Below are positions 20,721 through 39,721 of a stretch of DNA of 64,000 bases, piece after piece. The notes beneath the pieces were generated by a model. That model was given only the letters and a program-made list of their open reading frames with translations, had not been told where the DNA came from and did no database searches. The position numbers were made by a program, and so were the translations under genes. Position 1 is the first letter of the stretch. Each line of letters begins with the position of its first letter. This stretch comes from the human T2T-CHM13v2.0 reference genome, Homo sapiens, in assembly GCF_009914755.1 (NCBI RefSeq), contig NC_060925.1. One strand, given 5' to 3'.

Positions 20721-21084
20721 TGCTGTGGTCTGAATGTCTATGCTCCCCCAAAATTCATATGTTGAAACCTATTCCCTAATGTGATAGTATTAAGAGGTGG
20801 GGGTTTGGGGAGGTGATTAGGTTATAAGGGTGGAGCCCTTAGGAATGAGATGAGTGCCCTTATAAAAGAGGTCCAAGGAAACTTATTCATCCTTCCCATC
20901 AGGTGAGGACACAGCAAGAAGGCATCATCTATGAAATAGAATGAGCCCTCACTAGACATGAAATCTGGTGGCACTTTGATCTTGGACTTTGCAGCCTCTA
21001 GAACTGTAAGAAAGAAATTTAAATTGTTTATAAGCCACCTAGTTCATGGTATTTTTATTACAGCAGTTTGAATGAACTAAGTCA
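20721..21084 (+). mobile_element. MLT1A-type MaLR LTR
   Basis: TGCTGTGGTCTGAATG...AACTAAGTCA; near-TSD CCAAT/CCAAC. Confidence 0.8.
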
Positions 21085-22874
21085 CCAACCTTATACAACA
21101 TCAAGGAAAAAAATATTTCTAATATGTTATATATTTTTTAAAAACCCACCAAAATGTATTTGTTTACTTTTTTTTTTTTTTTTAGACAGGGTCTTGCTGC
21201 GTCACCCAGGCTGAAGTGCACAGGCACAATCATGGCTCACTGCAGCCTCAACCTCCTGGACTCAACTGATCCTCTTGCCTCAGCCTCCTAAATAACTGGG
21301 ACCACAGGTGCTCGCCACAATGCCTAGTTATTTTTTTATTTTTTTTTTTAGTAGAGACAAGGTCTTGCTATGTTGCTCAGGCTGGTCTTGAACTCCTGGG
21401 CTCAAGCAATTCTCCCACCTCAGTCTCCCGAAGTGCAAAGTTTAAATTTATAGATTTTTGGCCGGGCCCAGGGGCTCAGGTCTGTATTCCCAGCATTTTG
21501 GGAGGCCGAGGCAGGTGGATCACTTGAGGTCTGGAGTTCATGACCAGCCTGGCCAACATGGTGAAACCCTGTCTCTACAAAAAATACAAAAATGGTACCA
21601 TGCACCAGTATCCCCAACTACTCAGGAGATTAAGGCCGAGAATTGCTTGAACTCAGGAAGCAGAGGTAACAGTGAGCCGAGATTGTGCCACTGCACTCCA
21701 GCCTGGGTGACAGAGTGAGACTTTGTCTTAAAAAATAAATAAATAAATAAATTTGTAAATATTTATGTTAAAAATATGTAAAATGAGAGTATAGTATACA
21801 AGGAATTGCAGAGAAGTGAAACTACTGTATTAGAACAGCAAAAATAGAGGTAGTTTATGTTTTTTAATTTTTTCTTTAATGCTGGTTCAATAAATTTTTA
21901 CAAGAAAAATTTTATACAAAACACAATGATGTTTACTCTCAGATCTTGTGGGTACTATTCAGCAATGTATGCCTGAAGACTGGGTTTTCGAAACCTGCTG
22001 AACCTAAGAACTTCCTGAAGTTCTTGTTAATATAGGTTCCCTGGATGCACCCCAGATGCATTGAATCCACGTCTCCAGAGAAGGTACCCAAGAATCTTTG
22101 TTTTTAATAAGCACTGATGATTTGGCAACCACTAATTTCGGGCAGCAAATGACATCATTGTGACTTGAAAGAGCCAGTGTCTACCAATTGACTTGCACCC
22201 ATAAGTATATGTTTCTCATGCCTCCTTATTCCCTCTTATTAAAGAACCTCAACCTTGTTCTTTTATGAGCTCAAAGGATAGCAATGTTCTCAAGTAATAC
22301 ATGCTAACAGAAAAAAAAAATTAGAGCCTGCCTTGGGTTACTCAATGAATTACAGGTAGAGAGCAGACCAAGATATTGTTTATGCAATCTGCAGGCAGAA
22401 AAAAAGAAGCTATTTTTTTAGTGGCATTAAAATGATTGCAATGATAGATTGGGAAGAGGGTAATAACAGAAGAAGGAAGTAGATAGGAACACAAAATCAA
22501 GCTTCCTATAGTCAGAGGGAAAGATGCCCCTGTTCCTTCATTTTCCTTCCCACCCTCAGCCAAAGTTAAGGGTGAGTGGCTACACAGTCAGAGTCTGTCC
22601 AGGAACCCAGCTCAAGTTTTGTTAGGCTAAATGCTGTGAAGAAGTTCCCAGGGGGAAATGGTGGCCATATATTCATTTCCAATATGTGACAAGGTGGAAG
22701 GGTGTTTCCAGAACCTGTCAAATGAACTGTGAAGATATGTACTGGGAGACTCAAGAGAAAGAACAAAGTACAAAACAGGTCAAGTGACTCAGTGGTTTGG
22801 TTCTTGACTGCATACCCCCTTTTTTAGGCAACAGCCAAACTGATGATGAGAGCAGCCAAGTTACTTAGCGCCCC

Positions 22875-23246
22875 TATATTAGTCTGTTCTCACACTGCTA
22901 TAAAGAACTGCCTGAGACTGGGTAATTTATAAAAGAAAGAGTTTTAATTGACTCATAGTTCCACATGGCTGGGGAGGCCTCAGGAAACTTTAATCATGGC
23001 AGAAGGAGAAGCAAATAAGTTCTTCTTCACACAGCAGGAGGAGAGAGAAGAATGAGAACCAAGCAAAAAGAGAAGCCCCTTATAAAACCATCAAATCTTG
23101 TGAGAGCTTACTATCACAAGAATAGCAGGGGGGAACCACCCCCATGATTCAATTACCTCCCACCAGGTCCCTCTCACCACACATGCGGATTATGGAAACT
23201 ACAACTCATGAAGAGATTTGGGTGGGGACACAGCCAAACCATATCA
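22875..23246 (-). mobile_element. THE1-type MaLR solo LTR
   Basis: Minus strand begins TGATATGGTTTGGCTGTGTCCCCACCCAAATCTC; near-TSD GCCCC/GCCCT. Confidence 0.88.
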
Positions 23247-24630
23247 GCCCTCCACTGTACTGGACAAGAGCCTCCCCCTACTATGCATCTTGCTGGCCCA
23301 GCCCATAAGATTAAGAACCTGCCTGCCCTGGTTTTCCACTTAACTCTGCAAGTTCACACTTAATCCAGCCCAGAACATTACTAGCTCACCTAGGAATTCT
23401 CATTTATGCCTTTTTCTCATCAGCCTCTCCCCATTCACCTCCTGCTCTCTGAGATGATTTCTTAAACCATAGTTCTGCCAAATATTGCTCCAACCCACCA
23501 GACAAAATGTCCTTTGATAAGAATATCATGGTCCATGTACCACTGCACCCCAGCCTGGGCAACAAAATAAGAACACTGTCTCAAAAAAAAAAAGAAAGAA
23601 AAAGAAAAAAATAATGGTCCAGTTCGTGAAACCCCTGGGTTAATGGACTGCTGCCTCCTCCATCCTAAGGAGCAGTTTCTCCCACTCTGGTTCCACCTAG
23701 TGCCTTAACCCGAACCCTTGACATTATACTTAAGTCACCATAAGAGATGACTGATACACAAAGGACATCAGAATGATGCTCAATGATTGTAGCTACATGC
23801 ATGCACCTGAAATTTTGTAATAGTGCTGAGGATAAAGACACCTTTACAAGGTAACAATTGTTTATTTCCTTCAGAGACAATAATGCCTCAAGAATCTCAG
23901 AACCCGAGCAGAAAGGCAGGCATGTGGCTCTTTAAAAGTTCTTCTCCCCAGTCTCCTACTTCCTGAGATGCATTCAAATCTGGTGAATGGGGTCTGAACC
24001 ACAATTATTAGTTCAGAACCCATCATTTAAATTCAGAAATATTCCTGACACCCCCAAGTCTTCAGCCTTTGCCATCCAGTTTTATCCTATAATATTAGTT
24101 CTCCCATTCCATGCCTCCAAATCTATAATCCACCCTTCTCAGTTCTTGGCATCTTCTGTTCTGACATGCGACAAGTTGGCTTTGCCCCTTGACTCTGTCC
24201 TCACTTCCTAATCTGGCTCTGATGTACTTCTGCTGCACCTGCTTCCACTACTGATACCCTAAAACATGCCTCCTCCAATGGGCACAAGACAATGACCAGG
24301 GGACAGTAAAGACATCAGAAATGCTGTGTGGTGTGTTTCCATGCAAAGTTTGCAGACTTTTCTTCTTTTGAAAGCTGCAGAATCATTCTGGCTTATTGTT
24401 TATGGCTTAGGACTCCAAACCATGGTGTCATATTTAAATGAAACCTAGAAAAAAAATGAAGCAGTTATTAATGAGAGTTGTCATCTCCAGGACCATAATT
24501 GCTGTCAAAGACTCCATAGACAGGAGTCTCCAGTTAGTCTTAAATCAGAAACACTTGATCCTGAAACTGCATAGATTAGGATTTCATTTGGGGAAAAGTA
24601 TCCTTCACAGTGCATACGGGCTCTGGCTCA

Positions 24631-25223
<593 letters not shown>

Positions 25224-26072
25224 TCAAACATTTATCCATTAGAAAAAGTCAAATGATGACCTATCTCCCTCAAAGCTTTATGAAAATCACTTAAGTAGAG
25301 GCCAGTGTCTGAAAGTAAGAGGAAAACGGCAAAAAAAAAAAAAAAAAAGTAAAAAGAGTTCTGAAATATTTACTGCTCAGAAAATCTGAATTACAATGGT
25401 ACTATGAATTTGATTACACAATTACGCAATTACCACAGCTTTTTTACAGATTTGGGGGTAAAACATAAATACAAACAGAGCCTACGGTATGCCTGAGAAA
25501 CAGGTGTGGAGCGTATTTACCATGAGATTCTCAGAGTTTCTGATTTGGTAGATCTTGGGTATGGTGCAAAAACCTTAACTTTTTTTTTTTAAACAAGATC
25601 TTACTGTGTTGCTCAGGCTTACCTCAAACTCCTGGGCTCAAGGGATCCTCCCACCTCAACCTCCTGAGTAGCTAGGACCACAGGTGTGTGTCACTGCACC
25701 TGGTTAGAACCTTATTTATTATTATTATTATCATTTGTATTTTCTGTAGAGACGTGGTTTTGCCATGTTGGCTAGACTGGTCTTCAACTCCTTTCCTCAA
25801 GTGATTGCCCACTTCAGCCTCCCAAAGTGCTGAGATTACAGGCATGAGCCACCACACCCAGCCTAGAACCTTAATTTTTAACAAATGCCCCAGGTGTTTC
25901 TGATCCAAGTTTCTCACCAGAATTTTGAGAAATACTGACCTTTAGCAACAAGAGATGGACAGATAATGCCTAGCTGGCTCAAGACTAAATTGGTATATTG
26001 AGATTCAAATATCCAAATGCCCTGCTGTCTACCAACTCCTCAGCCCTTATTATCCTCCATTAAAATGTTCTC

Positions 26073-26400
26073 TGACTAAAGGCCATTACCCTAAGTGAAA
26101 TAAATCAGAAACAGAAAGTCAAATACTAGATGTTCTTACTTCTAAGTAGCAGCTAAACAATGGGTACACATGGGCATACAGAGTAGAATAATGGACACTG
26201 GAGACTCCACAAGGTCGCAAGGTGGAGACGGGACAAGGGTTGAAAAATTACCTATTGTGTGCAATGTTCTCTATTTGGGTGATGGGTACACTAAACGCCA
26301 GAGTTCACCACTATACAATATATGCATAAGAAATCTGCACTTGTACCCCCTAAATCTATAAAAAAATAAAAAATAGTTAATTTTTTAAAAATAAAATAAA
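26073..26400 (+). mobile_element. 5'-truncated L1 (L1MA/PB-type) 3' end
   Basis: GGCCATTACCCTAAGTGAAATAA...CACTTGTACCCCCTAAATCTATAAAA; flanking TAAAATGTTCTC direct repeat. Confidence 0.8.
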
Positions 26401-26616
26401 ATGTTCTCAGAAAGTGAGAGAAGGGTCCTGTAGCAAGTGAAAGATGCCGACACTCAAGATGCATTTGCTTTATGAAGCTGGGCATGGTGGCTCACGCCTG
26501 TAATCCCAGCACTTTGGTAGGCCGAGGCAGGTGGATTGCTTGAGCTCAGGAGTTCGAGACCAGCCTGGGAAACATGGCAAAACCCAGTATCTACAAAAAA
26601 ATACAAAAATTAGTCA

Positions 26617-26949
<333 letters not shown>

Positions 26950-27315
26950 CTATGAGGTCAGAGCAAACCCAGAAGACAGACCTCGTCAAGTCTTACGTGT
27001 CTTTGTGAGGACGTTGGGCTTTTATTGGGTGGAATGGGAACCACTGAGCAAAGAGATGTGATCAGACTTATATTACAATAAGATCATTCTAGCTGCTGGA
27101 TTGAGAATAGATTGAAAGGGGGTCAGGGAGGATGCAGGGACATCAGCTAAGAGGCCGTTACAATAACCCAGGCAAGAGATGATGGCAACTTGGTCAAGCA
27201 GCAGAGATGGTAACAAGTGGTAAGATTCCCAATGTGTTCCCGAAAGTTGAGCCTATGGGATTTGCTGATGGACTGGATGTGGGATGTGAAAGAGAGGAGT
27301 CAAGAATGACTTCAA

Positions 27316-29114
27316 CTAAGGAGGATGGGGTTTCCTTGTGGGGTAATGAAAATGTTCTAAAATGGATTTTCAAACAGGAGATTTAGAAGTCAGTGCTCCC
27401 TCTCCCTCTCCCTCTCTTTCCACGGTCTCCCTCTCCCCACAGTCTCCCTCTCCCTCTCTTTCCACGGTCTCCCTCTGATGCCGAGCTGAAGCTGGACGGT
27501 GCTGCTGCCATCTCGGCTCACTGCAGCCTCCCTGCCTGATTCTCCTGCCTCAGCCTGCCGAGTGCCTGCGATTGCAGGCGCGCGCCGCCACGCCTGACTG
27601 GTTTTCGTGTTTTTTTGGTGGAGACGGGGTTTCGCTGTGTTGGCCGGGCTCGTCTCCAGCTCCTAACCGTGAGTGATCCGCCAGCCTCGGCCTCCCGAGG
27701 TGCCAGGATTGCAGACAAGAGTCTCCTTCACTCAGTGCTCAATGGTGCCCAGGCTGGAGTGCAGTGGCGTGATCTCAGCTCGCTACAACCTCCACCTCCC
27801 AGCAGCCTGCCTTGGCCTCCCAAAGTGCCGAGATTGCAGCCTCTGCCCGGCCGCAACCCCGTCTGGGAAGTGAGGAGCGTCTCCGCCTGGCCGCCCATCG
27901 TCTGGGATGTGAGGAGCCCCTCTGCCTGGCTGCCCAGTCTGGAAAGTGAGGAGCGTCTCTGCCCGGCCGCCATCCCATCTAGGAAGTGAGGAGCGCCTCT
28001 TCCCGGCCGCCATCACATCTGGGAAGTGAGGAGCGTCTCTGCCCGGCCGCCCATCGTCTAAGATGTGGGGAGCACCTCTGCCCTGCCGCCCCGTCTGGGA
28101 TGTGAGGAGCGTCTCTGCCCGGCTGCCCCGTCTGAGAAGTGAGGAGACCCTCTGCCCGGCAACCGCCCCATCTGAGAAGTGAGGAGCCCCTCCGCCCAGC
28201 AGCCACCCCGTCTGGGAAGTGAGGAGCGTCTCCGCCCGGCAGCCACCTCGTCCGGGAGGGAGCTGGGGGGGTCAGCCCCCCGCCCGGCCAGCCGCCCCGT
28301 CCGGGAGGGAGGTGGGGGGGTCAGCCCCCCGCCCGGCCAGCCGCCCCGTCCGGGAAGTGAGGGGCACCTCTGCCCGGCCGCCCCTACTGGGAAGTGAGGA
28401 GCCCCTCTGCCCGGCCACCACCCCGTCTGGTAGGTGTACCCAACAGCTCATTGAGAACGGGCCATGATGACAATGGCGGTTTTGTCGAATAGAAAGGGGG
28501 GAAAGGTGGGGAAAAGATTGAGAAATCAGATGGTTGCCGTGTCTGTGTAGAGAGAGGTAGACATGGGAGACTTTTCATTTTGTTCTGTACTAAGAAAAAT
28601 TCTTCTGCCTTGGGATCCTGTTGATCTGTGACCTTACCCCCAACCCTGTGCTCTCTGAAACATGTGCTGTATCCACTCAGGGTTGAATGGATTAAGGGCG
28701 GTGCAAGATGTGCTTTGTTAAACAGATGCTTGAAGGCAGCATGCTCGTTAAGAGTCATCACCACTCCCTAATCTCAAGTACCCAGGGACACAAACACTGC
28801 GGAAGGCCGCAGGGTCCTCTGCCTAGGAAAACCAGAGACCTTTGTTCACTTGTTTATCTGCTGACCTTCCCTCCACTATTGTCCTGTGACCCTGCCAAAT
28901 CCCCCTCTGCGAGAAACACCCCAGAATGATCAATTAAAAAAAAAAAAAAAGAAAGAAAAAAAAAGGAAAAAAAAAAGAAAAGAAAATGTTCTAAAATGGA
29001 TTGTGGTAATATGGTTGCATCACTGTGAATATACTAAAAGCCAGTGAATTGAATACTTCAAGTGGGCAAACTGTTTGATACATATTATATCTCAATAAAA
29101 CTTTTTTTTTTTAA
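27316..29114 (+). mobile_element. Short old L1 3'-end insertion (host of the SVA)
   Basis: GGGTAATGAAAATGTTCTAAAATGGATTGTGG...TATATCTCAATAAAA; 14-bp TSD AAGAATGACTTCAA at 27302-27315 and 29115-29128. Confidence 0.75.
27396..28981 (+). mobile_element. Full-length SVA retrotransposon (probably SVA_D)
   Basis: CCCTCT hexamers, antisense Alu-like domain, GC-rich VNTR (~27840-28430), SINE-R, poly(A) 28936-28981; 21-bp TSD GAAAATGTTCTAAAATGGATT at 27348-27368 and 28982-29002. Confidence 0.96.
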
Positions 29115-30132
29115 AAGAATGACTTCAAGATTTTTGGTCTGAGCAACAGGAAGAGTGAAGTCACCCCTCTACTGAAATAAGGAACATTTTGAAAAGAGCC
29201 AGTTTAATGGAGCTCGGTTGGGGATACAGCAAGTTGGGAGATGCTAAATTTCAGATGCCTATTAAATATCTAAATAGAGAAACTCCTTAGACAGTTGGAT
29301 ATTTGAATCTCAAATTCACAAGAATGGTCTGGGCTGGAGATATGTTTGTTTTAAAAGCCAAGCACGGTGGTTCCCACTTGTAATCCCAGCACTTTGGGAG
29401 ACCAAGGTGGGAAGACTGCTTGACCTCAGGAGTTTGAGACCAGCCTGAGCAACATAGCAAGACCTCATCTCTACTTAAAAAAAAAAAAAAAAAAAAAAAC
29501 AAATTTGGTGGCACATGCCACGTGCCTGTAGTCTCACAGTCTCCGCTATTTGGGAGGCTGAGGCGAGAAGATCACTTCAACCTAGGGCATAAAGGCTGCA
29601 GTGAACTATGATCAAGCCACTGCTCTCCAGCCTGGGTGACAGGGCAAGACCCTGTCTCAAAAATAAATAAATAAATATTTTTAAAAATTATAATAAAAAT
29701 TAAAAGGACTAGATGAGATCACCTAGAGAGTCAATGAAGGCAATAAAGGGAAGAGGTCCATCTGGATATGGTGGTTCACGCCTGTAATCCCAGCACTTTG
29801 GGAGCCTGAGGTGGGTGGATCACAAGGTCAGGAGTTCCAGACCAGCCTGACCAACGTGGTGAAACCCTGTATCTACTAAAAATGCAAAAATAGCTGGGTG
29901 TGGTGGCGTGCGCCTGTAATCCCAGCTACTCAGGAGGCTGAGGCAGGAGAATCGCTGGAACCTGGGAGGCGGAGGTTGCAGTGAGCCCAGATCACACGAC
30001 TGAACCCCAGCCTGGGTGACACAGCAAGACTCCGTCTCAAAAAGAAAAAAAAAAAGGAGAGAGAGAAAGAAAGAAAGAAGAAGACCAAGGACTGGGCCCT
30101 GGGGCACAGCAATGTTAAGAAGGAGGGAGATG

Positions 30133-32401
<2,269 letters not shown>

Positions 32402-33643
32402 AAGAATGAGGGAGATGAAGAGAGGCAGAGGAACGGCCAGTGGAATAGAAGGAAAATCAGGATGGCATATTGACCTAAAAGCCAAGTGCAGGAAGTGTTT
32501 TAAAGAGGGTAGAATCATCAACTGTGTCAAATGCTCCTGACAAGTCAAGTAAGATGAGTACTAAGAATTGACCCTTGGATTTAGCAATGTGGAGGTCCCC
32601 AGAGAACTTAATAAGAGCCATTTTGATGATATGGTCAGAGTAAAAGCCTGATTGAAGTGGGATCAAGAGAGAATACGAGAAGAGAAATCGGAGGCAGCAG
32701 CAAGAATGGCCAACTCTTTAAAGACGTTTGGCTGTGAAGAGAAGGAGAGAGATGGGGTAGTAGCTAGAAGAGTAGATGAAGCGAAGAGATATTTTCCTAA
32801 GATGGGAGAACTAATGGCATGTGTATATGTGGAAGAGAAATAGAAGCAATCAGAAGAAACATCCACAGACTCTTACATTCACCCATCAGTCTGCACCTAC
32901 CTGTGTGCTCTGCCTCCTCTTCTGTTACTTCAGATGAACTTTTTCAGTTCCCAGCTAACACCCGTGTTTCCACTTGCATAAAAGATCCTGTCCTCTCTCC
33001 TCTACTCAAGAAATCAGCAATTCCTTCTCTCCCACCAAAGTTTCCTTGTCTCCCACTAAAATTTCTCTCTTTACCTACTATTTTGACATTGAAATAAAAA
33101 GTCAGGTCAATAGTTGGATGGGGGATCGAAGGTTTGAGAAGAGAGGAGAAGATGTAAAATAATCATTTAGAAAAAGAGTAGAGGAAGTGAACTTGGAAAA
33201 TATGCAGTGACTTCAGGGTAGCAGTAGAACCCACTGGAGGGTCACAATTACAAAGTTAAAGTGAAAACAGTCAGCAAGGTTGCATATATTTTGGTAGCCA
33301 CTCTCAGCTCTCTAATGCAGGAAGGAGTAAGTAGAGAGTTGGATTTAACAATATTCTAACCTGGCCGGGCGCGATGGCTCACACCTGTAATCCCAGCACT
33401 TTGGGAGGCTGAGGCAGGCAGATCACCTGAGGTCAGGAGTTCAACATGGTGAAACCCCCTCTCCACTAAAAATACAAAAATTAGTCAGGCGTGGCGGTGG
33501 ACGCCTGTAGTCCTAGCTACTCGGGAGGCTGAGGCAGGAGAATTGCTTGAACCCAGGAGGCAGAGGTTGCAGTAACTGAGATCGCCCCACTACACTCCAG
33601 CCTGGGCAACAGAGTGAGTGAGACTCTTTTAAAAAAAAAAAAA

Positions 33644-34282
33644 GACTTAATAACTGTAGCAGGGAATTGGAACAATGAGGGATTGGCTAGTAAGAAGTAA
33701 AGAAAACTCTAAAGAATAAAAGAATAACAAATAAAGTAGCAGCCATGTTCTTTGAGCTGGGATAGAGTATCCAGGGAAAAGGCTCCCCAGGCCCAGGACC
33801 CAGATCTTGGAGGGCACAGGTATGGCTCACTAGGCAGCAGAGAAATTCTTGTGGTTCTGTGCTGGCAGAACTGGCTGGAAATCTGCCCTTTGGAATTTAC
33901 CAGAAATCTGTCCTCTAGGATGTCAGGGAAAGCAGGTCATGGAGAGGTGTCGCACCAGACACTTTACTACAAAGCCATTCAAGGGAGAAGGTGATGCCAA
34001 GGGAAGCTGCTGGTCAATGGGTGCTACTGACTACCCTGCCAGGCAGGACATGGTGCTGGAGAATCTGCCCGTGTGCTGCAGGAGCTGCCAAGCAAGCACA
34101 CCGTAACCAGGAAGCAAAACTCTTTGCTCTTGCAATGTCTGCCCAGAGCCCTCTACTGACATAGCTTCACACTGCGCCAGCTGATAAAGAAAAAAACATT
34201 TAATGGGCCCGTTAGTATTTTCACAAAGCAAGCAAAAAAGGGTGAATATAGAGCTCAGAGGCAATTAAATGATAATTGACAC
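33644..34282. mobile_element. Old ERVL-class LTR (LTR41/LTR52-like)
   Basis: Recalled motifs ACCAGGAAGCAAAAC...GCCCTCTACTGAC...GAGCTCAGAGGCAATTAAA. Confidence 0.45.
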
Positions 34283-35036
34283 AAACATTTTTTAAATAAT
34301 TAAAAGCAAAAACAATCACCACTGGTCTACAGAATTAAAGTCCAAAATCCTGTGCACACATGCACTTCTCTCATCTTTTGGATGTTTACCTAATTCATGC
34401 TATTTGCTTTTACTGTTACCTTTGTTTGAAATGTCCTCACACCCTTTTTCAACTTTTAATTAACAAAACCACTGCAAGTATCCCAACATCATCATCCTTC
34501 TAAGTCAAGCTGAAAAAGAACCTTCTCCATGAAACTTTCCCTGGTGTTCCCATAAGTTTTGTTTACACACCTTTCTAATGGCAGAACAGAGGCAGCTGAA
34601 TCACATGTCCAGAATAGTCCAGGAAATTAAGCTTTTCTTCCTGAATATACAACTTTAGGAAAACTGCACATGAGAAAATAAGGAAACACCAGTCCAGTCT
34701 GCCAGGTCAATGGAATAAATTCGGGCCATCAATGTGGTGACTGGTACTGCAGCCAGATTCATATCATCCCCAGGGTGGGAAATATTGTTTATATCTTAGT
34801 ATCTTCCTAGCATTACCCATGTAGCAATCAATAAACACTTGCTGAATTGAAAGTCTAGTGGACTACCTTTTTCTGGAGTCAAACTTTAAATTTTAAAAAA
34901 TTTATCTAATCATAAAATTTCATATATTAGTCATGATAGAAAATGTCTTATCTAGTCAAAAGATGGATCTTTAGGCTGGGTGCAGTGGCTCACGCTTGTA
35001 ATCCCAGCATTTTGGGAGGCCAAGGCAAGCAGATCA

Positions 35037-35273
<237 letters not shown>

Positions 35274-36064
35274 TTAAAAAGATGGATCTTTAAAAACACA
35301 GTTAATTGCAATCCATAGAAACTTCAAATCTCTTTTTAGTTAGGATATGAGCTCTTCCTTCATTCTTTCTAAATATATTACAAATCTGCTAGCAAATAGA
35401 AAAATAATATCTAGTTTTAGCTTCTTTTTTAATATATAAAGCCCATCTTCCTATGGAGGTACCATTGAATAGGCTAGATCACCCCTCACCATGTCCCACC
35501 ACACCCAACACCCCCCATCTCCTCAACACACACCCTAACCAGGGAAGCAGAAGAATAACAGAGTCCTCATTGTAGTAAATTGATTTTAACACCTTTAATC
35601 AGAGGCATTCAAAACCCCACCCATTTGCAGTCTCAGTTCATCCTCATTTCAACTGTGTGATGTAAGAGAGGTAATATTCTCCCCTTTTACAAATATGAAA
35701 CTAGAAACACACAGATCTTAAGAAGCATGTGTCCATCTCATACCCGAGACCACTGTCTTGCAAAGGTCCTATTGTAGTCTGTTGGCATAAAACTATATTT
35801 AGAACCTAGAACTACTCTTGAATTCAAATATTTGTATTAGTTACAAATAATTGTTGTGATTGGAAAGCATATCCAAAACAAGCACTGATTTTAATAATTG
35901 AAACAAATCCAAAACAAACATTGATTTTAATAATTGAAACAAAGAAACCATTTGCTTTGAAATTCTCTTATTAAAAATATGTACGGGCTCACACCTGTAA
36001 TCCCAGCACTTTGGGAGGCTGAGGCGGGCAGATCGCTTGAGCTCAAGAGTTCCAGACCAACCTA

Positions 36065-36352
<288 letters not shown>

Positions 36353-37728
36353 CTACTGGCAGGAACTGGTTTAAATTGTTCCCTACATTGTATTTACTCT
36401 ATTGTTAGATCAGTATTATTCTATTCAATGTATTCTATTGTTAGGTCACCTAATCTGGATGTTAACTAGCTGTCTGCCAGTGGAGAGTTAAGGGAGTGGG
36501 AAGGCTTTTCATGTGTCCACTTCAAGCAAACAAGTAATGATTGGATTTACAAAATAAAGTTAGAGAGTGATGATTCATATTTTAAAGGATTTTCTATGGG
36601 TTTCCTTTAAATGAGTTTCCATAATGAATTTAAAGCATGATTCTATTTACAAAAATTATATTTCAACCTAACCTATCAAGAAGCCATCTAGTTTTAATTA
36701 AAAAGGTAGAAAATGAATTTAATTAAGACTAAGTTGTAATGGGTTCTATGAAGAGATAGCAATATCATAGAAGAAAAGTAAAATTACAATCTATTAGTGG
36801 AGATAAAACTAACATATTATAAATATGCAAACATGTCAGAAAGAGTCAATCATAAAGCATATGTTGAATGCTAAACAACCCAAAGTAGGAGAATCAAAGG
36901 AACAACTTCAAAACTTTTGCAACAATCATAGGTAAAATGATAATTGTTCACATGCCAAGTGAATGGGGAAAGGATGCCAATTCTAACAAGCTCAACACCA
37001 CCAATTAATTTCTTTGCTTCAGTTGCCCCCACTTCCCTTAACCTTTAGTCATACTTAGTTTTTTCTGCAGTTTTCACATCTACTGTGCAAACATTAGATT
37101 CCAAAAGAAAGCTACAAAAGAAAGGACATATTGGAAGCTTTAAGAATAAGACCAAAGCTAGGGAGAAGAAAGCTTCAAAATTTAATGATTTGGCAGGCAT
37201 GGTGGCTCATGTCTGTATCCCAGCACTTTGGGAAGCTGAAGTGAGAAGATTGCTTGAGCACAGGAGTTCAAGACCAGCCTGGACAATATAGTAAGACCTC
37301 ATCTCTACAAAAAATTTAAAAAGTAGCCAGGCATGGTGGCGCACACCTGTAGTCCCTACTTGGTAGGCTGAGGTAGGAACATTCCTTGAGCCCAGGAGGT
37401 CAAGGCTGCAGTAAGCCATGATCATGCCACTGCACTACAGCCTGGGCAACACAGTGAGACCCTGTCTAAAAAAAAATAGTGACTTGTATACCTTTATCTT
37501 TGTCATAGGATATTATAAGTATACAAAGATACAGAAAGTTTAGGCAACCTTTAAGTTTTTTTTCTGAAATAATTACAAGATAGTACAAGGAAGACTCTGG
37601 TATACCCTTCAACCAAATTCATCAATTAATAACATTTGCTGTATTTGCTATATTAACCTCATTCTCTATCTATTTACTTGAACCATTTGAAAGTAATTTG
37701 AGGCATCATTTCCCTCTACCCATAAATA

Positions 37729-39721
<1,993 letters not shown>

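Noticed and set aside
21168-21750. Second head-to-head Alu pair with a short spacer
   Set aside because: The arms are an AluJ-like and an AluS-like copy with no evident shared private variants; ordinary adjacent insertion.
27518-28929. Cluster of ORFs and tandem repeats that could suggest a gene or CRISPR-like array
   Set aside because: This is the SVA Alu-like/VNTR/SINE-R body; the repeats have no unique spacers.
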